Shown here: piece by piece, positions 57,742-64,000 of the stretch | How the letters are laid out: every line of letters starts with the position of its first letter | Position numbering within the stretch: position 1 is the stretch's first letter | Source: Lachnospiraceae bacterium | Lineage (GTDB): Bacteria > Bacillota > Clostridia > Lachnospirales > Lachnospiraceae | NCBI GenBank assembly: GCA_017396675.1 | Contig: JAFQLB010000057.1 | Span: 6,771-70,770 of the forward strand | Direction of reading: 5' to 3' | Length of the DNA stretch: 64,000 nucleotides | Notes under the pieces: generated by a model | Told to the model about the DNA's origin: nothing | Seen by the model: the letters and a program-made list of their open reading frames with translations, nothing else | The model's database searches: none | Program-made: the position numbers and the translations under genes

Positions 57742-58527
57742 ATGACAGGAATTATCACGGCAACCGCAGTGGTTGCGGCTGTGGGTTTGTTTATTGGAAT
57801 TTTTTTGGGATTGGCAGCCATTCAATTTCGGGTGGAAGTGGATCCCAAGGAAGAGCTGGTACTGGAAGCGCTTCCGGGAAATAACTGCGGAGGATGCGGA
57901 TTTGCAGGCTGTTCCGGTTTGGCTGCTGCCATTGCCAAGGGGGAGGCGCGGGTCAGTGCCTGTCCGGTAGGCGGTGCGGAAGTGGCCGGGAAAATTGCAG
58001 AGATCATGGGGGTGGAGTCTGAAGAGATGAACAGAATGACGGCCTTCGTCATGTGTAAGGGAACCTGTGACAAGACGGCCTCCGACTATGTGTATACGGG
58101 TGTAGAGGACTGTAAAATGGTATCCTTTGTTCCGGGAGGTGGAGCAAAGAGCTGTAATTACGGCTGCCACGGATACGGCAACTGTGTCAGAGCCTGCTCC
58201 TTTGACGCTATCCATATTGTGGACGGAGTGGCTCTTGTGGATAAGGAGGCCTGTACGGCCTGCGGCCGATGCGTGGAAGCCTGTCCCAAGCATCTGATCG
58301 AGCTGGTTCCTTATACGGCGAAGCATTTGGTGGCATGCAGCTCTAAGGACAAGGGGCCTGTTGTTATGAAGGCTTGCCAGACGGGCTGTATCGGATGTCA
58401 GATCTGTAAAAAGAACTGTCCTTCCGATGCCATTGAAATCACGGATTTCCTTGCAAAGATCGACTACGATAAATGTACCGGCTGCGGAATCTGTGAAGAA
58501 AAATGTCCGAAAAAGGCGATTGTATAA
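57742..58527 (+). CDS. rnfB: Rnf complex subunit B
   Basis: An N-terminal anchor, then the block NCGGCGFAGCSGLA, then multiple 4Fe-4S motifs. Confidence 0.9.
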   Translation: MTGIITATAVVAAVGLFIGIFLGLAAIQFRVEVDPKEELVLEALPGNNCGGCGFAGCSGLAAAIAKGEARVSACPVGGAEVAGKIAEIMGVESEEMNRMTAFVMCKGTCDKTASDYVYTGVEDCKMVSFVPGGGAKSCNYGCHGYGNCVRACSFDAIHIVDGVALVDKEACTACGRCVEACPKHLIELVPYTAKHLVACSSKDKGPVVMKACQTGCIGCQICKKNCPSDAIEITDFLAKIDYDKCTGCGICEEKCPKKAIV

Positions 58528-58544
58528 TCAGGAGGAAACTACAG

Positions 58545-59714
58545 GTGCGTCAAACAGACGGATATGAAGACCGCAGCGGTGGATTACCGTTGATCTATAT
58601 GGCTCTCGCTGTCTCATTCTTTGTACTTATGATTCTTTTGCTGGTTCTTTTCATGAATCGGGATCAGAGCAAGCCTGCCTACATTGCGGAGGGTGCCGGC
58701 GGAGGAACGGAGCAGGTCGCTTCCGGACAGGGAGGAGCATATCTTTCTCAGGGAAGTGATCTGACCGTAGGGGGAGAGGCGTATGCGCCGGAGGATTCTA
58801 CGGCAGATTCTGCCGGCAGCGGAGGAATGGTGGCCGGTGATCTGGACTTTTGGGACATGTATCCCATGGGAGGAGAAGGATTGGAAGAAGAGAGCGGGGA
58901 GGAACGGGATGAGGACAGTAAGGAGCAGGAGAACGTGCTTCCCGACCCTTCTGCAGACGGGAATCACGTAGAGATCGTTTATGCTGACGGTACCAGTGAA
59001 TGGGTTCCCATTAATCCCTATTGGAAGAAAAATACCTATGACTTTACAAATCTTGTCAGTAAGAATAAGCTGCTGGAGTATTACTCCGACGGAAAACAGG
59101 TATCCTTCCTTGGGGTTGACCTGTCCAGATACCAAAAGGATGTGGATTTCCGTGCACTGAAACGGGCTGGGATTGATTTTTGTATGCTGCGGGTGGGATC
59201 CAGAGGCTATGAAACGGGAGCGCTTCAGGCAGATGAATACTTCGATCAATATTTGGCCGGAGCCAAAGAGGCCGGTTTGGATATCGGTGTTTATTTTTAT
59301 TCTCAGGCCGTTACGGAAGCGGAAGCCATTGAAGAAGCTTCCATGGTACTGCAGAAGATTGCCGGACAGCCTGTGAAATATCCCGTGGCCTTTGATATGG
59401 AATTTGTCAACAATGACGACGCCAGGGTAGAGACTTTAACAAGAGACGAAAGAACAGCCATTTCCTTAGCCTTTTTAAGAACCATAGAGGACGCCGGATA
59501 TACGGGGATGCTCTACGGCAATAAGGAATGGCTGTTGAAGAGGATCGATCTTTCCAAATTTGAGAATTACGATATCTGGCTGTCTCAGGAGGATGATGTT
59601 CCGGATTATCCTTATGAGTATTCCATGTGGCAATATTCGAGACAGGGAGAGGTTAGCGGAGTGGACGGCTACGTAGATCTGAATATCAGCTTTGTGGACT
59701 ATTCCGCACGATAA
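58545..59714 (+). CDS. Membrane-anchored GH25 family muramidase
   Basis: GTG start 9 nt after GGAGG. A transmembrane helix and an acidic low-complexity linker precede the GH25 blocks (GVDLSRYQKDVDF, FCMLRVG, GVYFYS, AFDME). Confidence 0.8.
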   Translation: MRQTDGYEDRSGGLPLIYMALAVSFFVLMILLLVLFMNRDQSKPAYIAEGAGGGTEQVASGQGGAYLSQGSDLTVGGEAYAPEDSTADSAGSGGMVAGDLDFWDMYPMGGEGLEEESGEERDEDSKEQENVLPDPSADGNHVEIVYADGTSEWVPINPYWKKNTYDFTNLVSKNKLLEYYSDGKQVSFLGVDLSRYQKDVDFRALKRAGIDFCMLRVGSRGYETGALQADEYFDQYLAGAKEAGLDIGVYFYSQAVTEAEAIEEASMVLQKIAGQPVKYPVAFDMEFVNNDDARVETLTRDERTAISLAFLRTIEDAGYTGMLYGNKEWLLKRIDLSKFENYDIWLSQEDDVPDYPYEYSMWQYSRQGEVSGVDGYVDLNISFVDYSAR

Positions 59715-60490
59715 TTCAGAATTCTGGGAGACAGCTTCAATTCGGAATAAATTTTTGCGTAAACAGAAGGCAATATGCCTTCTGTTTCATTTTGCAGAAA
59801 ATTTTTACGGCATCCGTTGCGCTTGAGGATATCCACGGCCTTGTTGTAGGCGATGGCAGCCTCTGCTTCCGTCTTATAGTATCCGATGGTATAGTTGCCT
59901 TTCAGATGGATCTGCGCTTTATACCTTTGCTTTCCTCTGTGTGTCACTTTACTTACGCCGTGGTATGTATTGAAGATTTCTATGTTTTCATACCGGAAGT
60001 CGTGGTTGTTACCGTTGCGAAAACGATAATCCCTGCCTTCCACACCATAGCTTTTGATGCCGTATCGTGAAGTGATGGTGATCTGCATACCGTAATCTGC
60101 CACGAAAAAATGGTTTTTTCGACGCATGATCTTATGGGAGGAATAAAAGAAAAGATCATCGATATCAAAAATCAACCGTTCATGGGGGGACAGATAATAG
60201 TAAAAAAAGCGGGGGCGGACGTAGATGGGGGTGGAGAAATAGATCCCGTTGTCCCGAAAATTAAGAATACACACCCACTTTTCAAAGGAAAGAGGAGAAG
60301 TGTGGGTATAGGAATCGATTGTCAAAAGCGCCTCCCGGGTCAGCGCAATGGCCTGAAGATAGGCCTCATGAGCCGTCTCCGGATCAGAAAAGCTGCCCAG
60401 ACTGATATGCTTGCTTCGATAGGTAAAGGAGGCACGGAAGTAGGCTGTGCCGTCTTTTTTTTTCGCCTTGAATACACCGGGCAGTTTCAT
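59699..60490 (-). CDS. Protein with two AP2/ERF-like DNA-binding domains
   Basis: Two AP2-like units are present: PGVFKAKKKDGTAYFRASFTYRSKHISLGSFSDPETAHEAYLQA and YHGVSKVTHRGKQRYKAQIHLKGNYTIGYYKTEAEAAIAYNKAV. ATG 60490 follows GGAGG by 5 nt. The 3' end overlaps the muramidase gene by 16 nt. Confidence 0.7.
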   Translation of the reverse strand: MKLPGVFKAKKKDGTAYFRASFTYRSKHISLGSFSDPETAHEAYLQAIALTREALLTIDSYTHTSPLSFEKWVCILNFRDNGIYFSTPIYVRPRFFYYYLSPHERLIFDIDDLFFYSSHKIMRRKNHFFVADYGMQITITSRYGIKSYGVEGRDYRFRNGNNHDFRYENIEIFNTYHGVSKVTHRGKQRYKAQIHLKGNYTIGYYKTEAEAAIAYNKAVDILKRNGCRKNFLQNETEGILPSVYAKIYSELKLSPRILNYRAE

Positions 60491-60622
60491 AGGATCCTCC
60501 GCTTTTATGTACATTCGCTCATACCCTATTGTAGCATCATATGAAAAAAATAGAAATATTTTTTCCGGCTTCTGTATAAAATAGTAAGGAGTATAACAGA
60601 TACGGACAACCGGAGGTTATTT

Positions 60623-61243
60623 ATGTATAAAAAACATGCTACGATCCTGATACTGCTGAACCTCGTGATGATCGCCGCATTTCTGGATATTCGGGAAGAT
60701 GCACTTTTTGGAACCCGGGTCAGGGAGGCTTTTACACTGGCCACAGAGGACAACGGCCAGGTGCTTCAGGCAATCAACTATACGGGAATCACCCAGGAGG
60801 CCGTTTCCCGTCAGCGTATCCTGGATATGAACCTGCTGACAAGAGAGGAATTTGTATCCGTTTCTCAGACAGATTATGAGAACCTGCTGCGGATCGTGGA
60901 AGCGGAGGCCGGCGGAGAAGATAAAAACGGTAAGATTCTGGTGGCCAACGTGGTGCTGAACAGAGTCAGAAGCGATAAGTTTCCGGATACCATTACGGAA
61001 GTGATTTTTCAGTCGGAAAACGGGACAAGCCAGTTTTCCCCCATCAGTGACGGGAGATTCTATACCGTTACCGTCAGTGAGGAAACTAAAAAAGCGGTGG
61101 ATGAGGCTCTGCTGGGAAAGGATCTGTCTCAGGGGGCATTGTATTTTGTAGCCAGAAAATATGTCAGCGATGAAAAAATGAGTTGGTTTGATACGAAACT
61201 GACCAGATTATTTGAATACGGCGGTCATGAGTTTTTTTCCTGA
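60623..61243 (+). CDS. SleB/CwlJ-type cell wall hydrolase
   Basis: An N-terminal anchor is followed by LLRIVEAEAGGEDKNGKILVANVVLNRV and QFSP. Confidence 0.85.
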   Translation: MYKKHATILILLNLVMIAAFLDIREDALFGTRVREAFTLATEDNGQVLQAINYTGITQEAVSRQRILDMNLLTREEFVSVSQTDYENLLRIVEAEAGGEDKNGKILVANVVLNRVRSDKFPDTITEVIFQSENGTSQFSPISDGRFYTVTVSEETKKAVDEALLGKDLSQGALYFVARKYVSDEKMSWFDTKLTRLFEYGGHEFFS

Positions 61244-61337
61244 ATGTTGAAGTTGAAAAAAAGTTATGTTAGAATAAGAACCGATAGTGAGAACCTTGAA
61301 AGCACTGTCAGACCGGCGGAGAAAAGAGGAATGATAA

Positions 61338-62828
61338 ATGGAGACATTATACAAAAGCACACGGGGAACGGAAAGTAAAATAACGGCTTCAAAAGCCATT
61401 GTTCAGGGTCTTTCGTCCGATGGTGGACTGTTTGTTCCGGAGCGGATTCCCACCTTTGACAAGCCCCTGTCAGAGTGGATGGAGCTTGATTACAGACAGC
61501 TTGCCTATGAGGTTATGAAGCTGTTTTTTACGGATTTTTCCGAAAAAGAACTGAGGCAATGCATCGACAGAGCTTATGATGATAAGTTTGACGAGAAGGA
61601 GATTGTTTCAATCAGGGAGGCAGACGGTGCATTCTACCTGGAGCTGTTCCATGGTGCAACCATCGCCTTTAAGGATATGGCACTATCCCTTTTGCCCCAT
61701 CTGATGACTGTGGGCGCCGCAAAAAACGGAATCAAAAATCGGATCATCATTTTGGCCGCAACCTCCGGAGATACGGGAAAGGCTGCGCTGGCCGGATTTG
61801 CGGAGGTGGAAGGGACAGGCATTGTGGTATTCTATCCTAAGGACGGTGTCAGTCCTGTGCAGGAGCTTCAGATGGTGACCCAGAAGGGGGCCAATACACA
61901 TGTGGCGGGTATCCTTGGGAATTTTGATGATGCGCAGGCCGGTGTGAAGCAGATTTTTGCGGATAAGGAGCTTGCCGATCGACTGGATCAGTCAGGCTTT
62001 CAGCTGTCTTCGGCCAATTCCATTAATATCGGGCGTCTTATACCACAGATCTGCTATTATGTATATACATACCTAAAACTGCAAAAAGAGGGTATCATCC
62101 GGCAGGGAGAAGAGATCAACGTGGTGGTGCCAACGGGTAATTTCGGCAATATTCTGGCTGCCTACTATGCCAAGCAGATGGGATTGCCCATTGCCCGGCT
62201 GATCTGTGCTTCCAATGATAACAAGGTGCTCTACGACTTCTTTGAAACGGGATGCTATGACAGGAACAGAGACTTCATTCTGACCAATTCTCCCTCCATG
62301 GACATTTTAATTTCCAGTAATCTGGAGCGTCTGATCTACCATATTTGCGGGGAAGATGCGAAGCAGAATGCTGCCTTCATGGAATCCTTACGGAAAAACG
62401 GTAAATACGAAATCACGTCCGAAATGCGGGAGCATCTTGCGGATTTTACCGCCGGATATGCCACGGAGAAAGAGACCATGGAGCGCATCCGGACTGTCTA
62501 TGAAAAAACAGGATATGTGCTGGATACTCATACGGCAGTGGCATCCGCTGTTTATGAAAAATACAGAGCATCCTCCGGGGATGAGAGAAAAACAGTGATC
62601 GCAGCCACCGCAAGTCCTTTTAAGTTCGGGCGCAGTGTCATGAGCGCCATAGACGAAGGGTATAAGGACCTGTCTGACTTTGAGCTTGTGGATGCGCTGG
62701 CGGATAAAGCAGGTATTCCCGTACCGGCAGCGGTGGAGGAGCTTCGAAGTGCTCCGATCCTGCATCGAAACGTTTGTAAAAAGGAAAACATGCAGGAGGA
62801 GATTTTGGAGTTTTTGCGAAAATTATAA
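61338..62828 (+). CDS. thrC: Threonine synthase (long form)
   Basis: Starts YKSTRG and contains HGATIAFKDMAL, with the PLP lysine in FKD. 496 aa. Confidence 0.93.
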   Translation: METLYKSTRGTESKITASKAIVQGLSSDGGLFVPERIPTFDKPLSEWMELDYRQLAYEVMKLFFTDFSEKELRQCIDRAYDDKFDEKEIVSIREADGAFYLELFHGATIAFKDMALSLLPHLMTVGAAKNGIKNRIIILAATSGDTGKAALAGFAEVEGTGIVVFYPKDGVSPVQELQMVTQKGANTHVAGILGNFDDAQAGVKQIFADKELADRLDQSGFQLSSANSINIGRLIPQICYYVYTYLKLQKEGIIRQGEEINVVVPTGNFGNILAAYYAKQMGLPIARLICASNDNKVLYDFFETGCYDRNRDFILTNSPSMDILISSNLERLIYHICGEDAKQNAAFMESLRKNGKYEITSEMREHLADFTAGYATEKETMERIRTVYEKTGYVLDTHTAVASAVYEKYRASSGDERKTVIAATASPFKFGRSVMSAIDEGYKDLSDFELVDALADKAGIPVPAAVEELRSAPILHRNVCKKENMQEEILEFLRKL

Positions 62829-62839
62829 GGAGATGACCC

Positions 62840-63178
62840 ATGCAGATCGTAGACTATATTGTATTGGGATGCGGAATTTATCTGATCTTTAAGGCATATA
62901 TGATGAAAAAGGAAGGGGAGATTCCGGAAGGTGTACTGATCGGCAGACAGCAGCAGATTTCCAAAAACGCGGATGTGGCGGGATTTATCCGGGCCATGTA
63001 TGGGAAGACCGTGGTACTGGGACTTGCTGCCATGCTGGCAGGTATCCTTCCCATGATAGCCAGAGGAATACACGGAGTATCCCTTTGGGCCTTTCTTTCC
63101 AATGCTGCATTTTTTGTGATCCTTGTCATCTATGCGGTACTGCTTCGAAAGGCTCAGAGGGAGTATTTAGAGAGATAA
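62840..63178 (+). CDS. Small membrane protein, function unknown
   Basis: 112 aa with three hydrophobic helices. RBS AAGGAG precedes it and a strong terminator follows. Confidence 0.55.
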   Translation: MQIVDYIVLGCGIYLIFKAYMMKKEGEIPEGVLIGRQQQISKNADVAGFIRAMYGKTVVLGLAAMLAGILPMIARGIHGVSLWAFLSNAAFFVILVIYAVLLRKAQREYLER

Positions 63179-63190
63179 AAGGGATATGAG

Positions 63191-63220
63191 ATGTCCTGCC
63201 GTTATGGCAGGGCATTTTTT
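63191..63220 (+). terminator. Intrinsic terminator
   Basis: ATGTCCTGCC pairs with GGCAGGGCAT (one G-U pair) around a 4-nt loop and is followed by TTTTTT. Confidence 0.75.
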
Positions 63221-63371
63221 ATAAAAATAATAGAATTGTGGTTATAACAACGTAAAAGAGAAAATAAACCTGATATGATAGGAAGCAGGACAAGGGAGAA
63301 AATCATTGCAGTATTATTTGAAAATTCGTTAAAAAGCTCCCTATGTTAAAGTGTGTAAGGAGGAAAAGAGA

Positions 63372-64000
63372 ATGAATTATCCGATGTTTTGTTATCAGTG
63401 TCAGGAAACTGCCGGTTGTACCGGCTGCACCAAAGCAGGTGTTTGTGGAAAGACCGCTGATGTGGCAGGAATGCAGGATCTTCTGGTCTATGTGACCAAG
63501 GGACTCGCTGCCGTTGCTACCCGGCTTCGTGCCGAGGGTAAGGGGGTTTCGCCCGGTATTAACCATATGATCACCCTTAACCTGTTCGTCACCATTACGA
63601 ATGCCAATTTCGATGAATGTGCAATCAATGCCCGCATCCGTGCCACCCTGGATCAGACAAGGGATTTGCTTCCCGTAGTGGAGAACGTGGATGCTCTGCC
63701 GGAAGCCAGCCGGTGGTATGAGACAGATGAGGACATGTGGAAAGCCAAGGCGGCACAGGTAGGCGTTCTGTCCACTGCTGATGAGGATATCCGCAGTCTG
63801 AGAGAGCTGCTTACGTATGGACTGAAAGGTCTGTCTGCCTACTGTAAGCACGCAAATGCTCTGCTGCAGGACGACGCTGATGTGGATGCCTTCCTGCAGC
63901 GTGCTCTGGCCGCAACATTGGATGACAGTCTCTCAGTAAGTGACCTGATCGATCTCACCCTGGAGGCCGGCAAATACGGTGTCAGCGGTATGGCACTGCT
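63372..64000 (+). CDS. hcp: Hybrid cluster protein / hydroxylamine reductase, N-terminal part (3' end outside window)
   Basis: This gene is not in the ORF track because no stop falls within the window. My manual translation is MNYPMFCYQCQETAGCTGCTKAGVCGKTADVAGMQDLLVY...FVTITNANFDE. RBS AAGGAGG at 63357-63363. Confidence 0.85.
   Translation, partial: MNYPMFCYQCQETAGCTGCTKAGVCGKTADVAGMQDLLVYVTKGLAAVATRLRAEGKGVSPGINHMITLNLFVTITNANFDECAINARIRATLDQTRDLLPVVENVDALPEASRWYETDEDMWKAKAAQVGVLSTADEDIRSLRELLTYGLKGLSAYCKHANALLQDDADVDAFLQRALAATLDDSLSVSDLIDLTLEAGKYGVSGMAL

Noticed and set aside
63303-63851. 182-aa minus-strand ORF at the right edge of the window
   Set aside because: The + strand here encodes an unmistakable hybrid cluster protein N-terminus (MFCYQCQET...GVCGK) with a good RBS. 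That gene is missing from the ORF track only because it has no stop inside the window.
1-64000. Search for rRNA, tRNA, CRISPR arrays, IS elements, prophage or genomic-island boundaries
   Set aside because: None was found by eye. All intergenic regions over 100 nt (4391-4693, 9397-9633, 23848-24020, 26496-26635, 27905-28032, 33253-33596, 40863-41037, 63179-63371) are AT-rich promoter or terminator regions without cloverleaf-like or repeat-spacer structure. A covariance-model scan would be needed to exclude small ncRNAs.

Overview
Annotation was done by eye from the ORF track and raw sequence; no homology searches were run. The window looks like a gene-dense core chromosomal segment of an anaerobic Firmicute of Clostridia type, judged from GGAGG-type ribosome-binding sites, Rnf, ApbE and HPr. 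About 65 protein genes lie mostly on the + strand. I saw no rRNA, tRNA, CRISPR, transposase or integrase.

Housekeeping content, left to right:
- An ABC transporter (ATPase tail plus two permeases) followed by metA, then ptsH on the minus strand.
- A 1412-aa BcrAD/BadFG-type activase fused to a dehydratase-like domain.
- An M16C peptidase, era, a yqzL-like small ORF, recO, glyQS and apbE.
- A NusG-II domain gene, a Gx transporter gene, cheY, alaS, rpsU and scpAB.
- A D-Ala-D-Ala carboxypeptidase interrupted by an in-frame TAG.
- TetR and RpiR regulators, cmk-ispH-rpsA, cheR and mgtC.
- rnfCDGEAB, cell-wall hydrolases, thrC and the 5' end of hcp.

Two energy-metabolism loci stand out.
1. At 28.0-33.3 kb, a Na+-pump decarboxylase cluster encodes both a 12S-type acyl-CoA carboxyltransferase and a 5S-type oxaloacetate carboxyltransferase around one biotin carrier and one beta pump subunit.
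2. At 41.0-52.4 kb, a tightly packed 12-gene operon sits behind a perfect Clostridia-type Rex box. It encodes an LDH-family dehydrogenase with the MDH-type Arg, HdrB-HdrC-HdrA, an MvhD/FlxD-like protein, two AsrA/HydB-like Fe-S proteins, a PyrK/AsrB/FlxA-like NAD(P)H flavoprotein, a soluble SdhB/FrdB-like and SdhA/FrdA-like pair with no membrane anchor, and a two-subunit class I fumarase.

My main hypothesis for the second locus is a quinone-independent, NADH-driven, flavin-based electron-bifurcating fumarate reductase. The reduced ferredoxin it would produce could be recycled by the Rnf pump encoded 1.2 kb downstream. This is inference from gene content and context, not demonstrated.

Smaller oddities are listed in the findings. 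They include a sigma-70-like protein lacking promoter-recognition regions, a two-AP2-domain protein, a 35-nt alternating purine-pyrimidine palindrome, an 8-bp periodic repeat, and HPr without the regulatory serine.
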